Source of the DNA: Eukaryota sp. TZLM1-RC
Taxonomy: Eukaryota; Protista; Metamonada: BaSk clade
Reading direction: 5' to 3'
DNA: 64,000 nucleotides
NCBI GenBank assembly: GCA_040285825.1
Contig: JAUPSS010000006.1
Location: 1,116,001 to 1,180,000 of the forward strand
Both the position numbers and the translations under genes were made by a program. The notes below the pieces were generated by a model. That model was not told where the DNA came from. It did no database searches and was given only the letters and a program-made list of their open reading frames with translations. Of the stretch, positions 47,519-60,100 are shown piece by piece; within the stretch, counting starts at the first letter, position 1, and every line of letters starts with the position of its first letter.

Positions 47519-47969
47519 TGCGAGAAGAAAAGAAGGCAAAAAAGGTTGATTTTCTTCTTCATCACATCTTCTGACATCATTCAATGTCTAACATCTTCTT
47601 GATTCTGATGTGTCATAATGTATTAACTTATACTCGCTTCTCATTGATCAAATAGTGCTCTTGGATGAGGTAATAAATACCCTCAACTTTGCTGCCAACA
47701 ACAACTTACAATTGTATTCTATTCGACAGAAGAACAGCTTCTTAAACTGACACTGCTCCTCATACAGTGCTTTTTGCTATTGTCGTTTGATAAGGATCTT
47801 CTCAAAGTCAAAGTGTGGTAAAATCTGAATATAAAATTTATCAACATGTGAGTAATCATTAATAAAGCAACATTACTTTATGATTATACAATATAGAAAC
47901 ACAAAAGATGAAAATACATCCCAGATGGATGGAAAAAATCCAATGAGCACCTACAAACAACCCCTCTGT

Positions 47970-48272
47970 CTACATTCTGTTGCAAAACCGACGAATGTAC
48001 CTGGCGACCCAAACACGATCATGGGGAAGATATGCCTGGTGATCGGGTTCCCAGACCAATGCTATGACGTCCCCTAGAGTATTGACCCAGTTGACAATAT
48101 CATCAACAGTGTAGCTAATGTTAACGACAAGAGGATTGTGTTTCTTGAGTTCAGTTTCATACATGGCAATGATAGAGTTTATGGCTTCTGAAACCGAAGG
48201 AAAATCGACATATGTTCTACTATTGCGATTACGGGTGTGCTGGATGAGAAGGATGGTGTGTTTGGTTTGCAT
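47970..48272 (-). CDS. ERH: Enhancer of rudimentary homolog
   Basis: HTILLIQ...SRTYVDF.SV...YE..LK..NP...ISY...L.D...LV......Y.PHDR.W. Confidence 0.93.
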   Translation of the reverse strand: MQTKHTILLIQHTRNRNSRTYVDFPSVSEAINSIIAMYETELKKHNPLVVNISYTVDDIVNWVNTLGDVIALVWEPDHQAYLPHDRVWVARYIRRFCNRM

Positions 48273-48499
48273 TGATATCGGCCTATTGTGTTCAAACCAA
48301 GAATTGTGAAAACTGAATTACATTGTAAATTTTCTCCTCAAAATGGCAGGACCAACAACTCCGGTGATTTTTGTTTGAAATCATTTTTGTCTTCTTTATG
48401 CAGTTCAAATTCTTTACAATATAGTTCATCTTGTATGATAACACAAAATCTGTGTTGCTGTTTTTTGTCCAATTGAATTCATCTAAAAGGGAATATGAA

Positions 48500-51000
48500 A
48501 TCATGAAATACACAACTAAAACTCAACATCCTCAAAATTAGCCTCACCTACATCAAAACACTTAATTAATCAAGATTCAGAAAAATTCCCAAATGAAGAG
48601 AGTGAATCAGAAATTAATTTCACCAGTCCCTTGAAAATAGAAAATACAATCCTGTTTTGCCAGTAAACAGGATGGAAAATTCTTCCAGTTCTTTCCTTTG
48701 CAACTACAACAAAATTGTCAAGGAAAGCCATAACAGCCTTACCTAAAGATCCAAGCAAAAAAAACAAAGAGACATAAATTATATTGGGCATGAGAATTTT
48801 CATTTAAAAAGGAAATGATTTCCCATATTTAGCTATTTAATATTTTTCGCCAGCAAGAAGAAGATTATTTACATCTGAATAAATGAAATGTTCGTTAAAA
48901 GAATTACAAGGGTCAATGGACATGGCGTCTAAAATAGTACTGTGTTGTTTTGGTTTACTACTCTCACGGTTTCAATTTTTGACAGTCTTGCGAATCAGAC
49001 TTAGTTTACCTCCTCATCAATGTTTATCAAATATGAAATGTAAATGTGGTACTTGTGGTTCTTTTGATCACCTTATTACTTGCTCTAAATTGACTTAACA
49101 AATTCAATTATCCGCAATGCTGGTCGTGTTTGTATTTCTGATCTGTTGAAATGTGCTCATCACCCAGTTTGTTCAGAACCTCTGTTTGATGAATAAAATT
49201 TCTGTTTGAGCCATAATGGAGGTGACATATAACGTGCTTAGTATGATGGAACTGAACTAATCATCGGTTGTACTACCGTATGTCCATGGAAAAGAAGTTC
49301 CAATTCTGACATTCAACATTTACTCAAAGATGCAGAGCTTTCCAAGAAATACTAAGCCCTTCTACAACTTTTCGATAAAACCAGGGGTAAAACATCAAAT
49401 TTGTCCCAATTGCTTTTTCAATTTTGGTACAAGAACTGAAGGTCTCAATATTTTAGGAAAACGTCGCAAAGAAACTTAATACATCAACATCTAAGTAAAT
49501 CATCTCTCCCAAAACAAAACAGCTGGATGCAGTTTTCTCATACTGTGTTCCAAAAGAAAGCAATGCAGCAGAAACCAACTTCAACATCCCCTTAAGAATA
49601 AAAAACACAATTCTATTTTGCCAACACAAACTGTTGCAATTTCTGTTAGTTCTTCTCTTTACAATCATTTCAAAATCTTTCAAAAAAACGTATAGCCGTG
49701 GGAGCAAATAAACTAACTAAGAAAATACAAATGGATACAAATTGTATTTTGCATGCTGTTGACTAGCCAATTTGAACAAAGATTCATTGTATTTTTTGAA
49801 TTTGAAATTTTCAGCATTTGAAAGAGGATTATGAATTTCAGAATTAACAAGCTTTCATTTGAGGCATTACAAGGATCAACAGACATTACATCCAATCAAA
49901 TGAAGCTTCCATCTAATCCAGGTAATATTACATCACCTCCATTATTCTTATTAAAATCATCTTCAGTATCAAACCGATTTGACAACTACAGAGGTTCCAA
50001 AAAGGATTAAATTCTATGGCACTTGCACGTACAATATAACTGGTCTCTTACAGCATCGTGAACCTTGCTTCTCAAAGTAATAAAATGTTTACAATTGAAC
50101 AAATGAGTAACAGTGATATTTAATTTGCACGCTTCGAAAATTACAAGAACGAACAACCAAAATGTATAAAGATGATTTGTTCAAAAATTAATGCGGCTCG
50201 GCTGTTTGAGATCAAGATCTCCATTCAATATTATATGAAAAAATTGTGTGTGAATAAGATTCACAGATTCATATTTATTTGTTACCATCATACCTCGAAA
50301 GTTCAGCTATATACCTATAAAGAAGCTGTTGTAACAACAATGTGATTATATCTGAATATTCCTATTGACCAACATGTATTTGTTCTGATTTGTCGCAGCT
50401 CACTTTGCGTCATGCTGCTAATTGTTCGCAATTGATACTTCACTGCTGTTCATGAGATGTCATGGCAAGATACTGTTTTGACTAGGGAAAGAAATGCAAA
50501 AATCTTGTATATCAAAGAGTCTCTGCTGAGAGAAACACTGTCATTGAATAATTTTGGTTCTAATGTAGAGCTGATATATAATTTGATTGGATTGAGAACT
50601 CTGAAGCTGTTATTGACTTTGTCTCCGGTAATGTTATAAATTTTTCTTTGGTTCAAAAAAGAAAACTTAATCCTGCAAATGTCGTTCAATATAAAGCGAC
50701 TCACAATCATAGTAAACATGGCAAAGAAATCGAGGAAGTTAATACTGATAGCAACAGACCAGTTGTTTTATTGCGTTTCCATTTTCTTTAAACGGACGAC
50801 TATCAATAGAGGCAAAATTCTTCGGAAGGACTTCAAAAAATCGGTTCAAGTACAAAAAAAAAGATTTAATGTCTTTTTGTAACGGTTACGAATCAAATTT
50901 GGTAACTTATTAGACTCCATCGGTTCCTTCATCGAACAAGAGAAGCAATGGCGAAAAACAAACAGATCAGGATTGAGTAGAAGAAATCCTTGTTCAGTAA
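48500..51000. mobile_element. Cluster of old CRE fragments: F (-, 48500-48800), E (+, 48880-49430), A-like (-, 49450-50110), C-like (+, 50160-51000)
   Basis: YWQNRIVFSIFKG...EANFEDVEF*; CKC...HLITC; DVMSVDPCNASN; many stops and frameshifts. Confidence 0.8.
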
Positions 51001-51667
51001 ATTTGGTTTTCCTAATTTAATTTTATTTAGTGTTGTTGTTCATAGATTTTGATTGTGAAATGTACAAACCTTGTAACTAATCAAAACTCATCACCGAAGT
51101 GTTTGGTTTATTGTAACGACAATTTGCTTGCTATTGAACGAGTATCACTATTTAAATAATTATCAATTGTTAGTCATATAATTGTTGAGTAATATTCAAG
51201 ACTAAAATAGTGACAAAGTAATCATTGTTCTCATTCTATATATGTATAGCAGTTGTTTGATCAATTTTAAACCTTGGACCGTTTTTCTGCAAAAAATATA
51301 TATAAAAAATGCACATTTTGTTAAATCAATGTGGAGATGTTGAAAACTAATGTTTAGATCAAAAATTATTTTTCTAGCATAAAAATTATGGCAAACGGTT
51401 GGTTAACATGTTCAAAACAATGAAAATGGAAAGACTTTTTTCATAACCAGTTTGGAAGTGTAAATCAAACATTGTTTTACAAATCAGAAAGTGTTCTGAT
51501 AATCAACAGCTGAATTTAAAAACTAAATCATGAGTTACAATTTTAATGGTTACATACGAGAAAAAATGCAGAATTGACCTTTACAACTTGTTATATTCAT
51601 GGGTCATTTAACAAATGACTGCAAGACTTCCGAATCAATAATAAATCTGTGCTCCAAATCGTTTCTG

Positions 51668-51788
51668 TGTAGGTATCTCACTAGTGAGTACCTAAGTATA
51701 TAGAATAACATTAAATAAAATTATCTTTATCTTAATTCGCCTTACACATACATCTAACATACAGCTAGCATAATGCCTAACGGCAACA
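51668..51788 (+). repeat. 5' LTR (121 bp)
   Basis: 119/121 identical to 57677-57797. Confidence 0.95.
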
Positions 51789-53071
51789 ATAATTATTGTG
51801 CGTCACAGGCACACCGCACACCAAACAGCAACAGCGCTGTAAACAACAAAAAGATGTCTGGGGTATGTCAGACATCTTTCAGAGAAGACCTTTCTAACCC
51901 TCCTCTTTACATAATTTCGAGTACAATGAGTGCTCCAACAAAGGAAACGAGTACCCCTCCTTCCTCAACGAGTTCGGATGTAGTTCATCCCACTCCTGGT
52001 CAAACGAGTTCGAGTATTTCACACTCCACTCATGGAACGTTGAGTTCGGGTGCAACCCACCCCACTCCCAACATAGACGAGAGTTCGAGTATTTCACACT
52101 CCACTCATGGTACGACGAGTTCGGGTGCAACCCACCTCACTCCACATTTATTTAGTTCGGGACAACACCCCACTATTATTCCTACGAGCGGAGATCCTCG
52201 ACTCCTTCCTCCAAATCCGAGTTCGGGTCAAAATCCCACTCCTAACCTAACTCTTCCGGAGGTAATCCCTCCCAACAACAATGCCCATTCAACGGCTACC
52301 ACAGCCTTGACTACGGCCAAAGTCTCGCAGGATAAACCTCCTGCCACTAGCCCAGAGTTAGGGGCGCTTTTCGCCACTTTCTCAAAAGAAGAAAATGAGA
52401 AACAGGAGCCAACAGACTTTGTGGAGTCTCTCCCTTCAGATAAGTCCCTGTACCCAGACTTAGAAAACTGTGTTTCCGTACAAACCTTAAACGAGACCTT
52501 AGAAGGATTCAGGGAAGTTCCCCTCACCTCACAAGTTCGTAAAAACTCTATAGAGCTTCTTGACAATGAGAGCAAGGAGTTGTCGGGTAGACCTGCTGAA
52601 CACAGAATACGACTATCCCCACTAGACTCCTTTTATAAATCCATCATGTCCAAGCCTTGCGCTGACAGATTCGATTTTATCGGAAAAAAGGCCACCCTCG
52701 ACATATATAATTCTAGAATACGGTGGTTGGAGGTCATGGAGTATGGTCGAGACTTCTCTAACAATTTGGATGGACCTGAGAACATACACCTCCTCCCAGA
52801 CTGGTTTAGGCCAGGTCTGGACAAAATTTATGAAGTCAACAGCATTTCTGGAGTGGATTATACGGCAGTAAGAGAGGTTCACGAATACTACCCTTCGTCA
52901 TCAAACCCTGATCTCGTTGAGATGAGACCCGCATCTCAGCCGTTCAGGCTAATTTTCGTCGAACAAGGAGTCACCTTCAAACGAGATCATGCCAACATGA
53001 AAACGGCAGTCATCTCCACCTATAGGTCTCCCCCAATCACCACAATGTACAAATTGAGGACACTTGGGTAA
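51773..53071 (+). pseudogene. Gag-like N-terminal ORF with Ser/Thr/Pro/His repeats
   Basis: Follows the 5' LTR; SSSISHSTHGT.SSGATH repeats; stop and frameshifts before the knuckle. Confidence 0.7.
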
Positions 53072-53455
53072 ATAACAAAGCTTTCGCCTTCACCCCAATA
53101 ATAGGTATAGAGGATACGCCTTTTCAAAGCATTAGACCTTTCAGGCCATCCATTCAATTCAACATTCAAGAGGAATCGAAACCTCTTCAAAAACCACAAA
53201 TTGACCAACTACCGCAGCCTGGTAATCAGGACATTTCCATGGACGTCCTCACTATCCAACCATCGTACTCATCTGTCCCAATGGAAGAATCGACCTCACG
53301 TCAAACAGGTCCAGGATTGACCAGACATGATCTCTCCTCATCTCGATCAGGAACATTAACCGGAGTCCATGATCCACGTCAAGTTCTTGACTTAAATCTA
53401 CAATCTCACGTTGGATACCACTATAAAACAAAGGCTGTAGAACACGATACGCTCC

Positions 53456-56400
53456 ATGAGCCCCCCAACAGGCATCAACAACTTGGCTTTCACCGAGCCC
53501 TTGTTCGAAGAATTCTGTAAAGAGAGCTATTGGAAGGACAAGCTAGTGAGCTTCCCCAAATTAACAAGGAAGGTGCGAAATGATTTATTATCATGGATGA
53601 AGGTTGCACAAAATAGGGATACGGTCCAGCTATTGAGGAAAGCTGCATCCAGACCCAAAATAGAAACAGGTGATTTTCATACCTCAGCCGGAAAAAAGAG
53701 AACAAGCCAACCAGATTCATCCACCCCCAACCTTAAGAAAGAAAAACACTACAGAGGAGGCCAAAAGTTCTGTACTTTTTGTCAGAAGCCAGGCCATGTA
53801 ATTGCAGAATGTGAAGATCCCGGGTGCACCAGATCTCTGGTTCCACTAAATCAACGAAGAAGCGCCGGCAGAAGTAGAGGCCGAGGAAGACCATTCAGAG
53901 GTAGTTATGATAGTTTCAAAAATGTTCATAGAGGCCATAGTAGAGGCCAAGGTAGACATAGGGGCCGAGGTGGCCGTGGTACGAGAGGAAATAAGCATCG
54001 TACATATATGTTTCATATACACCGATCATCGCACGCTCCAGCTCCCGAATTGAGCCATACTTATACAACTAGCCAATCGGAACATTCAGCTCAAGCATCC
54101 CTCTTAAATCCACTCTCTTTCGGTAATGATAATAAAGTAGATAAATATTTGAGTTTAAACAGTTTAGAAAGAGATTTATACAATCGAGCAGATGAATCTG
54201 CACCTTGTATGAACCACAACAGATCCAAGCAGCCTCAGTTCTTAGAGCTTCAGGTTAGAATCAACGATACGGTCTTAAAAGGCATGATAGACACAGCTGC
54301 ATTTTGTTCTGTCATTTCCCTCGACCTAGCAAATCGGTATTCAATGTCCATAAATGAAAACGATATAACACAATTCATCCCTGCTAGCAATGTATCAACG
54401 AATTCGCTTGGGAGTGCACAAGGCATCCTGACGTTCAATGTTGGCAGCATCACGAACCAAGTATCAATAAACCATACTCTCCCCATTATACCAGGTTCGA
54501 ACAAATTTTTAATTGGGGTAGACATGTTACAACAACTTGGGCTACTGACATCTGACCGTTTAGTCATTTTACTAGACGAAGAGCGCCGCACCCTGCTAAA
54601 TGCTGAAGCCACTTTTGATAACAGAATTAAAACTTACCAAATTGGCCACGTAGAATCAACTTCTTGCAGTGAAGAAGATTTTACTCAGCAATTAAATAAA
54701 TCTGGATGTGAGACTAATTTAGATGATAATTTAGATTTACAAATAGCCAATCAGATTTTTGATGAATTGATTGAAATGGGCTATGCAATTGAATCGAACT
54801 ACAAGTTCAGTTCCCCAATAGTATTAGTGTTATACCCTGATGATCGAAAACCTAGGTTGACGGGCGATTTCAGTGGTAAAGATGGAGTTAACGCTCATAC
54901 AATTCCGGTCGAGTCTAACTTACCATTAATTTCAGATGTTTTGGAATTTCTGAGTCAGGCCAACTTTATTGCCACTTTGGATTTCCCAAAAGCTTTTTGG
55001 CAAATGAAAGTAGCCGACGAAGATGTTGAAAAGACATCTATCTCTATTCCTGGCAGATCTATTATGTTTAAAAGGGCATGCTTCGCACTAAAGAATATCC
55101 CAGCGATTTTTCAAAATGTAATGATGGAAATTTTTCAAATAGAAGGAGTATATATCTACATCGACGACATTATCATAATAGGATCAACACGTCAAGAATT
55201 CTTTGACAGAAAACAGAGGGTACTGCCATGAGCAAGGAGTAGAAGAGTCAACATTGGATTGAGAAAATGTAAATTCATTACTGACAAACAATCAATTGAC
55301 ATTGTAGGCAGCACTTCCCAATTCAAACAACGAAAAATTAGCAAAAAACCAGTAAATGCTTTAATAAACATACCTGCTCCAAAAACTATCAAGGAAGTAC
55401 GGTCATTAGTTGGCTCAGTCAATTTCATAAGAGATTGGCTCCCAAATATTTCATAACTAATAGCACCCATAAATGAGCTAATTAAGCACAAACAACGTCG
55501 TGTAAATTGGGAAGCCAAACACGATCATCTATTAGATCAAATAAAACAACTGATTATTAATCACATGCCTCTGGAATTACCTTCACCAGACAAACGCATT
55601 CTGATTAGCACCGATGCATCTGACATCGCAGTAGGAGGAGTCATTTGGCAAGAAATCGCACCTTATGCACTCATTGGAACTGCATTAAAAGATAGGAAAG
55701 TAACACCAATTTCCTTTTATAGTAGGATTTTAACCGATACTCAAAAGCGTTGGTCTACTTTACAAAAAGAATTATATGCGATACTATTAATACTAACAGA
55801 AAGTCATCTGGAAAGCTTTCTCATTACTAGACATCTGACTATTTTCACAGATCACCGGAATATTGCATTCCTCGCCACGGCTCCTGAAAAGAACAGAATC
55901 GTCAAAAGATGGTTACCTATCTTATCAGAATTTGACTTTGATATCGTACACGAAAAAGGAGAAGACAATCACTGGACTGACATGATGTTAAGAAACATTG
56001 ACACAAATTTAGAAAATCCGGAAATAAATCACATCAACTACCCACATGATCCCTTTTGGCACGGTGAAATACCACCCCCTGATGACGATTCTGATTATGA
56101 AGACCCAGATCCAATCCACATTTTCGAATTAGCAAAGCACCCAGATTTGCCCATTTTTTCAAATTGGCTCTCAAAAGTTAGATCAGAGCAACAACTAGCC
56201 ATAAGCAATAATGATCCATTATTCAAAAACGCCACACTATGCAAAAACACAGAAATCTGGTTAAATAATAATGAAATGATAATCCCGACCAAACTAAGAA
56301 AAACGGCACTCAACCTAATACACGGTTTAACCCAATCAGGCCACCCTAGCATAAACAAAAGTCTTCATAAACTTTCCAGAAGCGATTTCTACTGGCCAAA

Positions 56401-57600
56401 GATGAGAAAAGATCTCATCAAACATATAGAACGTTGCCCTACTTGCCAAAACAATGCACCAGTAAAGCAATCAAAGACACCCTCAACTGGTTCCCTGTGG
56501 GCTAATCGCCCTTTCGCAAGATTAAACGTGGATACAATTGGACCACTCAATAAAGACAACAACGATAATAAATATTTACTAGGTTTCGTCGATTCATTTA
56601 CAAGGTATACAATACTTGTACCTTTAAAAGAACTTAATTCCTTAGAAGTAGCAGATGCTTTGATATGGAACGTCTGTGCTATTTTTGGCATACCTATGTC
56701 TATACATAGTGACAATGACCCTGAGTTCGCCAACGAAATATTTAAATTGCTTTGCCAAAGAATGTCAATTGAAATGTCTAAATCAATTCCCTACCATTCT
56801 GAAAGCAATGGATTGGTTGAAAGAAAACATCGAGATGTGATACAATGTATAAGGAAATTATTAATAGATTACAACGACTATGATTCATGGTCCACATATC
56901 TACCAATAACTCAACTATTAAAAAATTCAACCAAAAGTAGGATAACAAATCACACTCCTTACGAACTGATGTTTGGGTCATCTATCAGCCCAAGATCAGA
57001 TCCTGCTAACATCCTGGGAGGCATTTTCGATTTTGAATCCAATGTACCACTTTTGCAAGACCTCAAATTTAAGAATGAACGTCTTTAAAAGAGATGGGAA
57101 GAAGCAGAGCATCACCAACTATTAAATACACCCAGTCATACGAAAAACATTGATGAAAACACATTTAATATCGGTGACTACATTCCCCGAAAGACAAAAC
57201 AACCTAATAAATTGCACGGATCTTGGTTAGGCCCGTATCTGGTTTTAGAAACGCTTTCCAACTCCACTTTATTAATAAAGAACTTGACGACTGGTGAACA
57301 AACTAAAGTATCTAAGAGGGACTGTAAAATTTACAACGCTGACAATCCTAACGATGTCGATCTACTAGGGCCATCGTAGCCACAGATTCAGGTAAACATG
57401 TCATCGAGGAAATCCTTGACGAATATAATACTGCTCAAGGACCCTTCTGTACTGTAAGATGGTTTGATGGAGATACTACCGAGGAACCATTCCATTCTAT
57501 CAAATATTCAGAAGCGTATCAACGATTTAATAAGAAACCAAATAAAAGAAAACGTAAATCTATTAAATTCAACAACGCAGCTCAGGCTCTCCCCGTGCCT
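53456..57600 (+). pseudogene. gag-pol remainder: CCHC knuckle, RGG tract, protease, RT, RNase H, integrase, chromo-like domain
   Basis: CTFCQKPGHVIAEC; IDTAA; LDFPKAFWQ, YIDD; TDASD, TDH; H..GH..CPTC, DTIGP, SDN, NGLVER; HVIEEILD...VRWFDG..TEEP; in-frame stops at 55231, 55456, 57088. Confidence 0.92.
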
Positions 57601-57676
57601 CAGCGAAAGCGTTATCCGCAGAGGAAGCGGAAGAACAATTGTACATAATTTTAATTAAGAAAACGGGAGAAGGTAG

Positions 57677-57797
57677 TGTAGGTATCTCACTAGTGAGTAC
57701 CTAAGTATATAGAATAACATTAAATAAAATTATCTTTATCTTAACCCGCCTTACACATACATCTAACATACAGCTAGCATAATGCCTAACGGCAACA
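57677..57797 (+). repeat. 3' LTR (121 bp)
   Basis: Preceded by the purine tract aagaaaacgggagaaggtag. Confidence 0.95.
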
Positions 57798-58178
57798 TCT
57801 GGACAAACAATGCTGTTGTCCACAACTCACAACATTCTAAATCATTGTGTTTCTATTTGCTCAAATATCAGTCTTATTACAACTGAGAATGCTAGTTATA
57901 ATATCAATATCATTATTTTCACTTTATGGATTTGGATTATGGAATTGAATAATTAACAGAAACCAACCTTGTTTTTTCGTAAGTGTATTTGTATTGGTGT
58001 TTTGAAGACACAACATAGAAATATCGGTTATCCCACAATATTTTGTAGACAGAATTGTTGTTACAAATATTTATCTATATAGTCCATCCTATTTGCACCA
58101 TTTGAACAAGCAAATTTGATATTTTGATTTTCCCAAATTCCAAAAATCTCAAGAACTCTGGAGACTTTCCGTCATCAA

Positions 58179-58814
58179 ATGTCGTCAATTCCTTACACTA
58201 ACAATCAACCCTCAAAGCAGGCAAAGCTCATCAAAATTGCTGTTGCTGCTTTCATCGTGATATCTGTTGTATTCATTGTCATTCTTGCTATCAACTTGTT
58301 CACTAATGACGATCTCCACCAACAGGTCTTCTATCACGAAGAAGCATACAATGTTGCACTTGATATTGATAACCAATTCATCTATTTTCGAGATGACTTT
58401 GGTGTGTATCCTAATACTCCTGATGACGATCCCTTTGAACTCATCCTTGATGTTAAGAACGAGATCCGTTACATCAAACCATTCTCCTCCGAGGGGGAAT
58501 GTTTCCGCGAGAATTTCCCCATGAGAAATCGAGAGCTGCAGCTGAAAGGATACAATGTTCCAGAAAACGCCAAGGAAGCCGGTGAATTCTCCGTTGGAGA
58601 TATCCAATGCCAATTGTACAAGGGAACTAGCACCATTATCGTAGATGGTACAGAAGAGGACGTTGACACCCAATGGTGTGTTGCCAATCGTTTTCTACAC
58701 ATGTTGGTGTTGAACGGAACTGAACATCAGTTCTACTACAATCACAAAAGACTTTCTAACAATGATGACTTGTTCAACCCAGACAAAATGTGTAGTGATT
58801 TCATTGATATTTAG
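58179..58814 (+). CDS. Type II membrane protein of unknown function
   Basis: 211-aa ORF with one N-terminal hydrophobic helix, 4 Cys and downstream AATAAA. Confidence 0.75.
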   Translation: MSSIPYTNNQPSKQAKLIKIAVAAFIVISVVFIVILAINLFTNDDLHQQVFYHEEAYNVALDIDNQFIYFRDDFGVYPNTPDDDPFELILDVKNEIRYIKPFSSEGECFRENFPMRNRELQLKGYNVPENAKEAGEFSVGDIQCQLYKGTSTIIVDGTEEDVDTQWCVANRFLHMLVLNGTEHQFYYNHKRLSNNDDLFNPDKMCSDFIDI

Positions 58815-59274
58815 GCTTCTTTTGCACTGTATTTGTTCTATTTCATTGTAAATAAAGACTATTGTTATGATTCTTAATCAAGACCACACAAATTAACAAA
58901 TGTTTGTTTAACGATAACTAAATGAAAGCACCAATTCAGAATTGAAGGAAATGAAACCAAACCAAATCCCCAAATAAACACTAGTTTACATCAATATTAA
59001 AATTGTATTATCTAGACTTGCTACTTAAAGGCTCATGATTGCATGTTCTATGGACGCTGTGTTGATTTGAGTAAATCGAGTAGATGAATAAATTGATAGA
59101 TCATTTGAGCCCCCCTCCCCTTTTTTTTAACTGGAATATTTATTGAGAAAAAAAATCTATCTAGCATTCAATATCCTCTGAACAAGCGTCATTATTACTA
59201 AACCTACTCACAACCCCCCCCCCCCTCTCACCCTAATTTCTGCCTTGTATACTTGTTGGTTTCTTGGTAAGACT

Positions 59275-60035
59275 TTACCGAGGTAATCTATTAATAATGG
59301 CAAATTGAATCTGTGAACGCCATAAAAAAATATCAAATCTTTTCATTGTTTTTTCTTGCACCATTTTTTGGAAGTCATCCAAAAAAGTTTCTGCTTCAAC
59401 TGATAATCTTCCGTTTATCGAAAATGGAAAAGCAATAAAAACCAGCCGTGTATTTCTATCAGCATTAGCCTCTTCAATATCTTTATCATATTTTCTATGT
59501 TTTTCTTTTGCTTTAAAATCAAGAGCACTCACAGGATTAAGTTTTTTTGGGTGAAGCAAAGTATCATTTGCAACATTACATGAGACAAAGTCAACAACAG
59601 CTTCAGAATTATCAATCCAATCACAGTATGCATAACCTCTATCATCAGAACCAAAATTATTCAGAGAAAGTGTTTCCTTCAGCAGGGGCTCTTTGAAACA
59701 CGATATCCTTGCAGTTTGTGCCATATTGAAAACAGTGTCTCTAACAACATCATGTAATGAAGAACGATAAGTTATCAATTTAGAGCAATTTAGAGCATGG
59801 CGTAAAGTGAGTTGAGGTGAATTCGAACAAATACATTTTTCTTTTGATAATAATTGGTTAATGGGGATGTTCAAATATAATCTCATTTTTGTTACAAATG
59901 CTTCATTAGTGGCACACAATCCAAATCTTCGTGGTACAATGGTTACAAAAAGTGAAGAATCTGACGCCTTGTTTTTACAAACACCCTTTTCCAATAACAA
60001 TGATTGAAGATCTTGATTTAAAACAGCCGAGCTGC
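59275..60035 (-). mobile_element. CRE family C knuckle + RLE fragment lacking its tail
   Basis: 241-aa ORF closely similar to 37728-38477. Confidence 0.88.
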
Positions 60036-60100
60036 AAATATTATTATATTATATTGAATAGAAGAATGAATAAGCGTTTTGATCGTCGCTTGTGGCTAAA

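Larger units (their letters stand above)
51668..57797 (+). mobile_element. Ty3/gypsy LTR retrotransposon with chromodomain-like C-terminus, defective, 4-bp TSD tctg
   Basis: TG...CA LTRs, PPT at 57657-57676, order gag-CCHC-PR-RT-RH-IN-chromo; tctg at 51664-51667 and 57798-57801. Confidence 0.95.

Noticed and set aside
53071-57088. In-frame TAA/TGA in gag-pol suggesting a reassigned genetic code or readthrough
   Set aside because: Host genes here end at TAG or TGA at the expected C-termini and have long stop-free frames; the element also has frameshifts and an apparent deletion before RT, so this is decay
59105-59235. Poly(C) tracts as a possible G-quadruplex or origin
   Set aside because: Simple homopolymers of uncertain length with no supporting context
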